This document shows, one piece after another, positions 15,301 to 29,050 of a DNA stretch of 64,000 bases. The notes beneath the pieces were generated by a model, which saw only the letters and a list, made by a program, of their open reading frames with translations, searched no databases and had not been told where the DNA came from. The stretch is taken from positions 2,423,124-2,487,123 of the forward strand of contig CM082586.2 in assembly GCA_040954595.2 (NCBI GenBank). Direction: 5' to 3'. The position numbers and the translations under genes are program-made. This stretch comes from Balanoglossus misakiensis (lineage: Eukaryota; Animalia; Hemichordata). Positions within the stretch are counted from its first letter, which is position 1, and each line of letters starts with the position of its first letter.

Positions 15301-18300
15301 AATACAACGACCACAGCAATGCCTTCTAGATTGATGCGATTGTGATATAATTTAATAATCTAAACTCATTAGATGTAATAATTTCTGGCACTTGAACAAA
15401 TTTACCTGCTGAGGTTGCCATAATAACTAGACTCATTTGGCCAGGATTCCTAGACATTCGCAACTTAGCGACATACATAAATTCATGAACTGCATCATAA
15501 TGTGATATCAAATTTAATCTCGTTTCCATTAAATGTATTAGTGCGGATTATTCAGCTCCACTGCAATTTCGATGTCGTCTGTATCAAATATCGGGTTTTT
15601 GTCGACGATTTGACGAGCGTGTAAGCCCACCAGATATCCAGGACTCTCTGGTGACTGTACAACGGTACAAAAACAGCCACTTTGCAGACGAGCATTAATT
15701 AAAAGAAAATCATACATGCAATTTTTTCATGCATACAAGAAATGTAATGTTCCCTCCTTCCTTTTCACCTGCTGTGCGTGTCTCGATTTTATTGCGTACG
15801 GCAATTGTATTATCAAATATACGGAATGTACGACTCATTCCGTCGTATTCCTCTCGCAGCTGGATTCCTTCACACCAAGTTATAATTTTCCACCTTCTCA
15901 GTATGTGCTGCTAATTGCTGGGTATGGCTCTCACACGCCGACAGAGAAAATGACATGCTTTGTCCAACAAATATGACGTACGTGCTGTACACACACTGTG
16001 TGTATATTGAACGTGCAGAGGTTTCCAAATCGCGTACTGTGTTGATGGGCAATTTGATGGATGCATCTCTCTTGCTGTCAGATTGGAATGATCTGCATTC
16101 ATTCATCCATCCATCCATCCATCCATTCATTCATTCATTCATTCATTCATTCATTCATTCATTCATTCATTTGCCATGTTTGTCAATTCCACTAGCAGTC
16201 TGTGCAAGCAAAAAAACTTGGGTCACTGCAAAATCTCCTGGTTTATACAGACCATGAAATTGAGGTGAGCTCAAAGGACAATATATGGAATCAAGATCAC
16301 ATTCCATGACTAGCTATCTGTCGGAACGCCACACACCATTTGCATTTGGCCGTAATTGATAGCGTAGGCAATATCAATCAAAAGGCAAGCCTTGCAACAC
16401 CTGCTCCTTAGTAAGCTTCTCCCCAAGTCCAGTAAACGATAACTGTGTCGTACATGTATTGTGTCTTCGTTCACTGACGTATCTAATCAGCAGCCGCTCG
16501 CACGCTGAATCACTGACTCCAATCCCCAAGGAAAGAAAGGAAGCCTTTTCAAGATGAAGAAAAATTAACTGTGACAGCAACGTCTCAGAGAGATGATGCG
16601 TATCTCGTATTGTGGCCAATGTGCCATCTGACAAGCCAGATATCTTCCCATTTCTAACCTGGGCTTCAGAATGATCACTGAATACTGCTTTTGCGTGACG
16701 CACACATTGTGATTTGATTACACTCGTTTTCAAGCTGAATGATATCACTGTCAATGTATGTATTGCACCAGTCTTTTTTATTTTTCCAGCTGATTAGGCT
16801 TAACAGAAGTTGTCAATGAGATTGTGACATTGCTATGAATGATAGGATCGGTCTTTGTCACACACATATGCTCCAAGGTTACCTCTGACTCATTGAAAAG
16901 CTGTCACCAGTGTATTGCATGATGTATAATACAGAGCACAGATTTGATCTACTATGTGTTTGTAAGATCTTGCATCTTCAAGTATTGTTGTTGTTGTTTT
17001 GTTTGTGTTTAGGGGGGTATGCTCTCTTGGTGTACAGTCCTTAGATGACAGCCCACAACAGACAGATTATTTTCAAATTCAATCTCGTTTACGTGGCTAT
17101 AGATACATGTACACTACACAACAACAGTGATGGAATATTAATCAACTCATGGCTTACCACACAAGCAGTTCTCAATGTTCAAATAGCTATGCACGAGACA
17201 GCAGAGAGATCAATTCTGGTTACTAATGAGGTCTGGCACACCCTAAACATAGCAATGTCTGTTAAAACAAGCAGAACCTCTGTGTCCTACGCCCATGACA
17301 ATTTCAAAGCAATTTTCACGACCTCGTTTATGTCCATTTCACTATCACTTGAACATAAATTTTCCCGCACATTGCATTAATCGCGCCACCATGCCAGTGA
17401 TCAAGTTCACATACTGATGGTTGCACACGTGTTATGTTTAATTTCAACAGCTATCATTTATCAGTTCTTGCCTATAAATATCTATACTGAGTGTGGATGC
17501 TTGGAGCCCCCTAGAGATGCAGCAATCAGGCATTTTTCTTCTAACTCCCATTTTTATTCTCTGTTTTTTCGTAACGACGTGATGCACAAACCAGCCATTA
17601 CCGATTTGAAATTATACGCATAGTTTCAAATTATCTGGTGAGGGTAATTGTGTCTCTACCTGTAAGGTTCAAAGGTCATCATGTTTTTTTTTCGTACGTG
17701 ACGACGAGTTTGTATACTCGTACGCAAGCATCCATTTGACTGTAGAACTCATTGAAATGCTGTGAATGTGTTCCATCTCTTCTTCATGATAAGCAAAGCG
17801 AACATTTACTCAACAACGTTTGGAGACTAAAAAATTGAACAACGCTTTTCTCGTGTTTGGATGGCGAGGTTGCACGCACAACCAGATCTGCGTAAAGAGC
17901 TGCGACTCCAGGATGGCTGGCTCGCAGAGATGCTGCCTCGGTGAGCAGCGCTGATAAGACAAGGTGGCGTGGAGTTATCTGGAAAGTGACACTCATCAAT
18001 TACAGTGTCGTGCACACAAACTCAAACAGATCAGCTGGCAACAGAATGGTCTAAACCAAACCTTCACATCACCCATCAATACCACAATTCGGTAAAAAAA
18101 AATTCCCATAGATGTGCGTGGACCTCAATGTATAATGTAAACCCATCGATATTCCCTGTGAACACAGCCACTCCATCACTGGTTTGAATGATGAAATCCC
18201 CATGGAGTCAATAATCCAAGCAATTTATTTGTTGAGCATACAAAATTATTGATATCACTTTGATGATGTACAAAATATCAATATCACCGAGTGTGGTGGC

Positions 18301-21300
18301 ACTCTGGTAAAACAAAAAATAGATAATCTATACTATCGTCAATTTAACAATTATCAGACCTATTTTATAGTTGTATGAAATGTACAAACCATGTAAACAT
18401 GATATAGGGTTACATATGTATTTGAAATGCACAAGCATGCAATACCCGTGTATCATTACAGAGCCACTATTATTATCAGGCAGAGCAGCTCTCCCATTAC
18501 AGTGTAATGTCGTCTGTGTCACTGTTATTAACGAAGGGTGCCTGGCAAATTTCTGCAGTCCTGGTGGGAAATTACATCCACGGCAATTAATTTCAAATCA
18601 AGGATTTAGGCCATTATCCAGGATACCCTACAGACTCGGTCATCAGATGTCTTGGGACTAACAGTCTACAGACTGAAGTTGATTACGCTTGTAGTTTAAT
18701 TGGTGCGAGCCAGCCGTTCCTAATCCGCACAGGGTTGTGACAAAATGGAACGCTAACATGGACTGACGTTCTTCAAAATAAAACACATATATGTCCCAGT
18801 GTATCATTTACACAGTTTAAGACCACGCTGTAGTAAACTAAACAGGTATCTATTGATGCAAATGTGAGCATACAGTACTTGCACGTCTTTTGACTGATTC
18901 ATGAACTCAAACTAAAAATTCATATTTTTATTCTACCTGATGACTGACTGACACACAACGAACGCACACATGACCCCCCCCCCCTCCTCAGTGACCTCAG
19001 AGGTCATATGAACATGGATTACCCTGTCACAGATGTTACCCTTACCCTCATGAGGCACATCAGATACAGTCATCACTGACGTTGACCTTTTGCGGCTGAG
19101 AGACTGAGGTCAACCAGAAGACAAGGCCATCTCATGACCTAAACTTTATCAGTCAACAATATGTCACAGGTCTTTGTTTTAGTCTTCATAACAGGAAGGT
19201 AAATGATTGTGTATTTTTGTAGACTAGAAAATACTTCTGACCTCTGGCTTGAAAATTACCATACAATGACATGACCAGCAAATATCTTTTTCATCATGCC
19301 ACAATAAAAATTATGTCTGACATCAGCAACAGATGGCATTAATAGATACATAGTAAAAAGGGCAGAATTTTTTCATGATGCCTGGTAGATATTATATCAT
19401 TTTTAATCACCCATCTATGGACCAGGTGACTCAGACACAATACGTGGATAGTAATTCATGAATGCAAAACTGCTTCAATAGTCAATATCATAAACCTTAG
19501 TATATGCTTGAATTTTTTACTTTACTTTATCTCAGGCAAGTAGTAAGTTACATGTTCATTTCAAGGCTGCCAATATTTACAACTCAATACAATGTATGTA
19601 TCAGATTCCTATGTCAATCTGACATTGTGGTAACATTACCCTCTACACAGAAATTCTGATTTTCATCGAGAACAGATGGCAGCATGAGAATTCTAATAGA
19701 CCAGTCCCTCAGAGACAATGTACATGTACACTTGTAACCTCCCCAAACTGTAAATGGTACAGGCAGCCTTTTACATTGTAAAAGCACAGGGCTCTTAAAC
19801 TGAACACCTGAAATGAAACTCACTCTCTCTTTTTAATACAGCTAGTAAATGTAGAAGGAGGCTAATTAAATCACGGCTCACAGGACCGGGTTTCATCTGT
19901 CTGTAGGTGAAAAACTCGGGTCATTTGATGTGTACTTTTCTCAGGTAAGGTGATCAACTGAGCCAGACCTGTGACAAAGAAGTCAGAAAGCCACCAAGGA
20001 AGTTAGACAAAAGGAAACTAGAAATAGCATCCTTCATGGACACACAAGTCCCAATACTGTTGACTTAGTCGTGAAAGGGCCGGATTCTATTGCATGTGTT
20101 CTTGTGTATCTATGTCCCCTTCTGGAGTGGATGTGCTCATAAATTTGATTTTTTTCAGTCTTATTGGCACCAGATCTGTTCACTCTGGGGGGATTATCGG
20201 CCTTAATTCCATTGGAAAGTCCATTGAAAGTTACATGACCTGAGACACCCCTTCCCAATATTTACACTGTTATGCTGTAAGATCCTCTACCCATGGTAAT
20301 TCCATATCATTCACTTCACCATCCACCGACTTCCTTTTTTTCTTACATAACTTTGTCTATCTACATGAACATCTGCTACATGTATGTATGAAATACTCAA
20401 CAGTTATTTTTAATTTATCAACCCGAAACACACATCCACTGCCCACCCAACAAAGTACCCACGTACGTGGCATAGCATGGTATGGTACTGTCACGTGGTA
20501 ACAGCAAGGCCCTTGTTTGCATATCACCTGGTGGTACACAGGCTTTCAAATTCCCCTCTTTCATCACATCTAAACCAAGCATGGGTATTTCCCTTTGGCG
20601 GTACTTTTGTTGTGGCCCACAAAGAGAACTGCTACCTTATTCTCCGCATTAGGACCTTGTTTACCGAAAGAACATATCACCACTTCATGTCAGGGCCAGT
20701 GACGCAATAAATTTCCCCCTTTTCTTCCCTTCATATTTGACATGACATTACAAACTTGTTAAACTACAAATTGCTGGAAAGATAGCCAGTTTTATGATGG
20801 TGCAACAAAGTTTATTACATCCAAACCTAATTGTTTGGCAAAGCTGGGGTGTCCCAGGTGTGAAATCACACCTCATTGGCAAATTGATGTGTTCACATAA
20901 AAAAGGTTGGCCAATTTGCAATGAAGTGTACATCATTATATCATATGATACAGGCGTATCGTCTCCAGAGTTTATGTAGTCTTAAGTCAGTAACACACAT
21001 GCGGTACACTACTTTGAGTGGAGGTTATGCAGATCTCCTTTGCCCTCAGCTACTGCGAGTGTACATGCGACTACTGACAAGCCACAATGATTTACTCACA
21101 AAGGCTGACTCCAGAAATACTGACACAGGGGGGTACAGCAGCTTTTTACTGAGACTCAATGATGAATGGCCTGTTTACGAAGCATCTGCTCCACAAAACC
21201 AAAATGGAAGAATGGGGTTCTCTTTTGCATTTAACCTGCAGGGGTAAAGCTCTCTGAGGTGACGACAACTTGAGAAATGACACCTCCGAGCCAGCAGGAG

Positions 21301-24300
21301 GAAAACTATTACTTTTAGCAAACAGGGCCACTCAGAAACTGACCGCAGTTTGACCCCCAAAACCCATGGGTTTTAGAAATGAACAGCGCAAATCTGGCTA
21401 CTGTACACAGTTAATCAACCCTTCCCCTGGGGACACAAGGTTGCTTTCTGGTCACATTTCTTATGGAAATATTTATTTCTACTGCCTCTTCTGATACTGA
21501 TTTATTCAGCTATTCATAGGTTCTCTCATGTATTTGTCTCCTTGGCTGAATGGTGCCTTGAATTTTTCAAATACCTCTGTACTTATTCTGGTGAACTGAT
21601 TTGTGAAATATTCAAGTCTTCAAATCTATTTTTGATTCCTACACCATGTATTTTAGATCTATTGCTGAATTCCTTACCGATAAAACATGGCATAACAGTT
21701 CTTGGGATATTGCAAAAACGCAAAAAGAAATGTGCGTTCATTTCCGATACTTGTACATGTGAAATTGATCCGTAAGGAAAAGACTGATAGTCAGCCTACA
21801 CTGTGGTACATGTACAGGGATGAAAATTTCGACATCAACAGAACTTTTCCATCTGGACACAAGCAAGCACGTCTACTACGGGAAATGACAGGAAAGCATG
21901 GCTTCTTCCTTAGGAAATGACATGAACGCGCCGGAATTGAAGGAAAGGCTAACTTTCAGAACCACAGGGTCATCAATCGGAAACTGCATGTAGCTTTCGA
22001 TGACGAAATGATACTAATTAGGCCAACTAAAAGTCATCAGCTACAAAGCTACATAGATTATTTACTAAGGTCATTACCATTCTGGACAACCACTAAGTGC
22101 ACTTAAAAAGTAGTTTGACATTCCCTAGTAAAACTATCAAAGCACTTATAACAAATGCAGGTAATAATAGTAGGTTCGACCAGTGAGATGTGATCTTAAA
22201 CACCCTACCCTTTGACCTACTTGGATGTACCAGGTACAAGGCCATCATATATGAATTTATCTTTATGATCATGTTATAAAAGTAAGATAACAATTTTATT
22301 CCTCCCAGTTTTATCTCCTAATTTTTTTCCTCATCTTTACGAGTATGGGATGACTAGTATTCCATTATATATTTCATTACATGTACCTCTGCCATAGTTA
22401 TTTTATTTAACAGTGATCAATTTTGCAAATACTTGTTACATAACAGAGTAGCTTTTAACTATCTGTCAAACATGCATATCCACTCAATTAAAATTATCAA
22501 TAATAAGGGGTGAGTGTGAAATGATCAGCCTTGTTAATTAGATACAGTGTAAATGTAAGCTAATAAGGTAACAGTCATTATACTGGTTAATTGACACTCC
22601 ATTTACACTTTAGCTAATGCACTTCACAGGAATGGAGTGAAACATACATTGAGTGGTCCCATTTCACACCCAAGGCCACTGATGTATGCATGGATGTGGA
22701 CTGACATAATTGTAACTATGGGAACAGGACATTTTACTGTTCAAGGGAGTGATAAGAAGTTCTTTTCTAAAGTTTAGTTTATAATTATACATCATGTAAG
22801 GCTTGCAAGCACAAACACTGGTTCTGTAAGCCTTTCAAAACCATCATACGACTCCGGAAGTGAAAACAAACGACATAAACATCCCCATGGCTCCAGCTCT
22901 GACAGAGGACAAGGATGAAACGATGTGCACCTGTCTGCCGCACATCACAGTTATGACTTTACGAGCAGCAGATTCTCCGACCTTTACATCAGACTGGCGG
23001 CAACTAACCACATTTACAGCTTTTCATCGTAATGGCCTTTCTGTCCTCAAAAGCAGAAATTGGCAAATGCTATTTCAAAACACGCACGTTTCATCTTACC
23101 CTGGAGACTTCAGAAGCAGAGCCTCATCCCTGCAAAACATATCACCCTGCCATATAACTGTATATATGGACAACATAAATATTTGCCGGAAGCCAAAACC
23201 TTGCAATAACATATAAACCTGTCATATAACTGTATACATATTGAAGATATATTTGCCATCAATGTCGTGACATTGAGAATAGACCTCTCCTGGAATTAAT
23301 CTCTGGGAGATCAAGTAAACTCTGCCCTTGATTGTTAATCTCCTCTCAAAATTGCCAAGGTGATAAGACCTGTCACAGCCATGCCATTAGAATGACATAA
23401 AACCCTAAAAGCATAGTGATAGCCTTTCAATGAAAAATTCTAATCGCTCACTTCAAGGATTTGATGTCAGGAAAATGAAGCACGGTGCAAAAATTAATGG
23501 CAGTGTTGTATTTTATTTGTGACAGTATAGTTCCTGAGAATCAATGCACTGCTCAGGCATATCTGGACACTCAGCTGATAAAAAATACTTCAAGTTGAAG
23601 AAACACTTAGATTTTACATGCAAGAAAATTACATTTCCGGGAAATGTACGAGTTCCGTTCTGCAGAGCATCTTAAGACGAATGAAGGATAGAACGAAACG
23701 AACATGATCTAAATAACATCAGAGTGTTTCTTTCATTCACCAAGTGAACTGAATCAGTGATCAGTCTGTTTCTCTGGATAAAAAGCCACTCTGCATATAA
23801 ATTGAACATGTACGCCATTTCATTAGACTGAAGCATGATCAACAGATCTCCTTTTGTGCGAAGACGACATAGCGGTCAACAACGTGAGTCAGAGACAAAT
23901 TATCTACTTTAAAAAATGCACAAAGAGACTGAACAGAAATACACAATATTCCCTGTTCATCTGCCTGAGATTTTGGTAATTTCGATTCGTAAAATCATCC
24001 CCAATACAAAAATCAACAATTTTCCCTGGAAAATCTCATCTATTGGAACCAGGAGACACCTGCACGACATCAATCAGGATACAATGAATTCAGACGCGTT
24101 TCATGGGTGACGTACCAATGCATAAATTCACTGCTAAAATAACAGAAAACCAGGACGTCTCCAAACACATTCCACGGCTCTCGAATTCTTCTCCCTGAAT
24201 AAATTCACCTAATGCATTCTGAGAGGCTTGAACTGCAGCAATAACATGTCAGACAATCTAGCAAATGTAGTCGCACAGTCAACCATTCTCATTCATTCCT

Positions 24301-27300
24301 TCGTGTGATCAGTGTCTGTGCCAGAAACCTCTATCCTCCATCAATGTCTGCCTTCATTTTTTATCATCTTTCAGGAATCTGTAACCAGCAATCAAATCCA
24401 GCAATGCCTACTTATTTTTTTCAATATAGCATCAATAAATCCAACCAGTCTTTCATTATCAAACTGTATCATCTCTCTATTTTTATGGGCAAATATGTTG
24501 CATAGCCAATCAGCTCCGCACAGAAAATCATCTAAAATGATATCAGTACAATCCCTAATGCCATTATCTTGTACAATACATCGTTTATTTTAACCTGAGA
24601 GTCTGAAGTCCCAAGACGCTGGCCTCCATTCTCCAATATTATATGGGAAATGAGACAGTTTACACATAGCGTTCTCCCCATAGCAATTAAAGACTATCAA
24701 GCTGATGCATTTATTTTGAGGAAAACAATAGAAATCATTATCGTAACAATTGCGTTGTTATGCAATACATGCACCAGGAATTCCTGAGAACAGAGCATAT
24801 CAAGTTGAAATGGACTAGTTCTGAAATTTGCATCACATTGGCAAGGAATCACATAAGCGTCAAGCATTGATTTTGGTTGCATTACAAAACACCTGGCAAG
24901 AGGGATCACCTTCCTCAACTTATTCTAATCTCAACTGCATCACCGTGAAATCCCACTTCTCTCACAAAGGGAGAGGATGAACCAACACAATGCAGAACTG
25001 TTTACAGACTCCTGAAAATCACTCCTTTCAACTTCTCCAAATACGCCTGTTTTCTATCAGCACTGAGCTGGATCTGTCACGAAACAGAAAGGAGGAAACT
25101 CATCATTTGAAACCAAAATGCTCCAAATGTAACTCAGTCCCATCACCTCCAATGCATCACCACATCCTCATTAGATATTTCATATTTGACAGGATGTTAG
25201 TGGGAGTTCACACCAGATCTGGTTTCCCTGGTGGTCAGGCTTTCTATTTTAGTAGGTTTCAACTCACAAGCAACAAGGGCAAAGAAGCTGTCGACTGCTT
25301 CCAGCTGGCTTTGAACAGTTTGTCACAGGAGTCTACATCCTGACATCACGTGTGCAACAGTTATTGGCACGCAGTGTCACTAGAAACAGGAACTTCACCG
25401 GGCAGAAACGGATGAAACTATCAGGATAACACTTGACTGTACAGTTGGATCTGCCGGATCTGCCTTGAGGTCAAGAATATCATGTGGATCTGTCATGAGG
25501 TCATGAGTATCGCGTTTCCTCCTCCATTATCGAAAACTTGGTGTGGCCGAGATATCGAGACAACCCAGCTGCTTGGCTGAGTAAGAGCATGCCATCCAAA
25601 AGCAGACCGACTGGCCTTAAACGTGGTGGAAATTAGCCAAGTGTCCGAGTCTCCCTCAGGTTGACAAAAATCACTATGATAAAAGAGTTACATCATGTTC
25701 ACTTTCAATGAAATGTCAATGTCAAAAGTGAATGACTTTGTCCCTCCACATGAAACAGTACCCCTTACTTGATGTATGTATATTTTTATGTAATGTAACA
25801 CTAATGTAAATATATGACATGCCCTCAACCCATTCCCACAGGAATGCAGGCAAATAACATGGGAATGCAGGTAAGACAATTGTATGAGTCATAACAAAAC
25901 AGACCACTGTATGCAAATCCACTGAACAATCGACTTTTCATCACCAAAGGCACTTGTTGACAGTTAACTAGTATTGATTGTGATGTCATGCAAATTACCA
26001 TCACTTGAGAAACTCTTTGTTTTGAAATTTACTTGCCTGCCAAAAGTGGCAACCCAAGACAAACATGTACATGTAAGCAAACCTAAATCTATTATAATCA
26101 AAAGGCCCTATCACACACTTGTCAACAAGATTAGCAAATGATGGTATTCCCATTTATGCGATATCAATTTGTCCTCAAAACAGAGACGATTGTTACTAAT
26201 TTAACACCATATCTCATCATCATGCCTTTTCGCCCTTTACCACTATTTACGTCACTTTGTAATACTAGCACCAACTTCCTGCTCCATCACTTAGCCAACA
26301 ACAGCTAACTGAATTCTCTTACTGATTTCCTTACAATGGTTAAACTTTTTCAGGCTCTATTTTACAGTTCTGTTGACTACACTACAACCTCAATAGCCCA
26401 GTGTCGCATAAAGGCAGAATCAGTGTTTTATTGTACTTCTGAGCTGCCGTAAATAATTCGCTGGATCAAAGGAAAAAGAATCCTGTGAAATATAACATCT
26501 TAGTGATGTCAATTGCACTTGGTGGGAAAGTGTTGGGCCACACTGATTGAAGCATAATTTAGAGTCAGTTCATTATCTAAAAAATACTGCTTCCTTTTTT
26601 ATAAGGAAACAGGAAAAATGTTGATAGTTACGATGTCACCAATGGATGAGTAATTATTGAATTCCACGGGACACTGCCATGATGACACGGCCATCCAGTT
26701 TGATGACTCTTTGAGTAGTATGTGTGGCGAACCATGTCATCTCTTGTGGCATGCAATGTACATCATACATAATCGCATCAAAAAAACATGCAGAGATGAA
26801 AACGAGTAATGTGTATTCATGTTGTCACACACTCCACTGGGTTTGCCCTTCCATTATACCCTTATTAGGAGCCACTCCCCTTTACTGCAGGGCTGAACTG
26901 CGGTTATCCAGTAGGTCTTTGTAAGGTTGACCCCAACAACCACCACCTCCCCCCCCCCCCCCACACACACACATCAGAATTCTCCTTTTCTGACCATAGA
27001 CGTGTGAACAAATCTCACACTGATACAGCTATGATTATCCCAAAGGAAGAGCAAGCTGGCATCTGATGAGAATGACACTGACGTGTGTCATGCACAAGAC
27101 AGAGGTCATCTTGTTCTCAGGAGCACTTAATTGAAATCAAGGCCTTGCATCGATCGCAGTGATCATGGTAATATCACCAAAAAGAATGAGAATCTTTAGC
27201 TCCCCGGCACCCCTCAAATCAACAGCGTTAATTTCAAGATAACTACACCAACTACACAATTATTTTGTTTGCCACGTTGTCCATTTTGATATCAGATAAA

Positions 27301-28594
27301 TCCGACATGACATCAATGAGAAACGAAAAAACAACAGCTGCAATATGGATACTATTTGTTAGGAGCCTGTGGACTGTCAAGTTATGTAGATCTACTGTCT
27401 ACAAGGTTATCAACACATAGAAACTGACACCTTTATTTTTCAATTCGTCCGTGTAAATCAGGGATCGACGTCCAAAGGAATTCAAAAAAGTAAGTTAATT
27501 AACGTGGTACCAAACTCCAACACTCAAAGCTCAGAAATAGCAAAGTCAAAGAATAACTACAAAGAGAGTAGGGTTAGGGTTTGTTACGATTGTGAACGTG
27601 TCTAAACGTTTTGTGGTCTATGCACATCAACTTTATACTCTTTGAATTGCAACATATCACCTGGAAGTAGTGAGTCACCACTGTGGTAAACCTTCCTTTA
27701 TCAGTCGTACACTATCTAATCGAGTTAGAATTTGTGTTATCATACAAAATTTCGTTGACACATCACCTTTGGTTTCATAAAAGTCGATTTGTAATGTGAG
27801 CCCACAAACAAATCCATTTACACATATACGTCTACTTTTATTAATTGACCAATTTGCATCACCAATAATTTGTCACATTATTTGATTAGGGTTAGGCCAT
27901 GACAAATAAAAAAGAAGGTAGTTTGTCGATAAGAGTGGATCGGTATTAAGGATGATGAATGTCCACTTGCGTCATCCAGGTCCATTGGAAACAAGTTTTC
28001 CCAAGTAAAACAATAGGGAAACGACTCACACACAATATTCGGACACATCGACTGTTGCCAAAACACAATCTAGATGATCGTCAAATACTCGCTGGCGTCG
28101 ACAAGATGTATTTTAAAAATGAGAAATGTTTGCCAACGTAAAACACGTAAAGGCTGGTGACACATTTCCATTCGGATTAAGCTACGCTACGGGTATTCGG
28201 CCTTAAACTTGCAGATATGTTTGTTTCCTTGAGTACAGGCAACAGCGATTGCATTGTTTTCATTGCGAGTTGTAGTGAAGCCATAACTTAGACGCCTGTC
28301 GCTAACAATGAAGTCGGCCGCGTAAGACTCCTGTTAACGAACATTCACTTAAACCGTACAAGTACACCTATTCTGAGGTGAACTGAATCAGTATACATAA
28401 CAAAAGTTGGGTCAACGCATATTTGTCAATTTCTCCGTAATTTGACAGGGTGAAGTCATGGAGGCAGCCATCTTGGATTACACGAGTTTTGGACGGTACC
28501 ATCACACGATTAGAAATTCGAAAACACTTACCGACTCTGACGAAATCCCTGCTAAGATTCCGATAAATACCCATAGCCGAAGAAAAAGCCTCAT
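3213..28594 (-). CDS. Sdc: Syndecan (transmembrane heparan sulfate proteoglycan), full 5-exon gene: join(28532-28594,10977-11151,4254-4375,3570-3789,3213-3382), 750 nt = 249 aa + stop
   Basis: Hand-spliced GT-AG exons with consistent phases 0,1,0,1. Product has a signal peptide, Ser-Gly sites in acidic context, a TM helix and the diagnostic C1 ([10 protein letters not shown]) and C2 PDZ-binding (EFYA) motifs. Confidence 0.96.
3570..3789 (-). CDS. Sdc: Syndecan exon 4: acidic membrane-proximal ectodomain (TTTEEIDNK...[10 protein letters not shown])
   Basis: Acceptor ttcacag|ACA, donor G|gtgagt; part of ORF 3553..3810. Confidence 0.93.
4254..4375 (-). CDS. Sdc: Syndecan exon 3: Pro/Lys/Glu-rich spacer ([40 protein letters not shown])
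   Basis: Acceptor tgcag|GT, donor AGG|gtaagc; phase 1 in and phase 0 out fits both neighbours. Confidence 0.88.
10977..11151 (-). CDS. Sdc: Syndecan exon 2: GAG attachment region (VTRRASG...[26 protein letters not shown])
   Basis: Acceptor ttcacag|GTC, donor G|gttagt; multiple Ser-Gly dipeptides flanked by Asp/Glu. Confidence 0.93.
16096..16171. repeat. (CATT/CATC)n tetranucleotide microsatellite
   Basis: Directly visible. Confidence 0.95.
23131..23257. repeat. Imperfect ~71-bp-period tandem duplication (2 copies)
   Basis: tgcaa..aacatat..cctg.catataactgtata.at...atatttgcc occurs twice. Confidence 0.65.
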
Positions 28595-29050
28595 TTTCAC
28601 ATGGAGAGAGTGGTATTCCTATTCCAATTGTCCAAACAAATCAAACGAAAAAGACGTAAAAGTAGACGTAAAAAAGTTGTCCAAGTCGTTGACTCTTCTA
28701 TGTGGCGTACTCTGTTGTTCCTCACTTCCCCCGCTTTACAGCTAACTAAGTTCAAATCCCTCCGCCGGGGCCAAATATAGTGCAAACTTCTGAGCGAACT
28801 AACAGTTCCTTCGCAGCAGAACAACAACAACTTCACGAAAAATTTAGTGAAACTTTGGGGGAAAGCCAAAAAGGTGTCAATTTTACCCAAATTATTATCT
28901 CATCAAACTTATTAGGGGAAGGGTCCGGTTTGCTGTGTGGTCCGCACCCGTCCAATAGGGTAATGAGGTCAAAATGACGTCACACTAAATCTAAAGTTTC
29001 CTCCATTCACATAAATGGTCATGCATGCGTCACGTAAACAAGCCTTGTAC
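28460..29050 (-). promoter_or_regulatory. Syndecan promoter / 5' region
   Basis: CpG-richer sequence around exon 1; full CRE TGACGTCA at 28975-28982, CCAAT at 28952-28956, YY1-like GCCATCTT at 28467-28474 just inside intron 1. Confidence 0.5.
28532..28594 (-). CDS. Sdc: Syndecan exon 1: signal peptide [21 protein letters not shown]
   Basis: aaaATG start, hydrophobic core, strong donor TCG|gtaagt in phase 0 matching the phase-0 acceptor of exon 2. Lies in a CpG-richer promoter-like region. Confidence 0.85.

Noticed and set aside
15870-16257. ORFs with HSFI/GWMD repeats
   Set aside because: Artefacts of the (CATT/CATC)n microsatellite.
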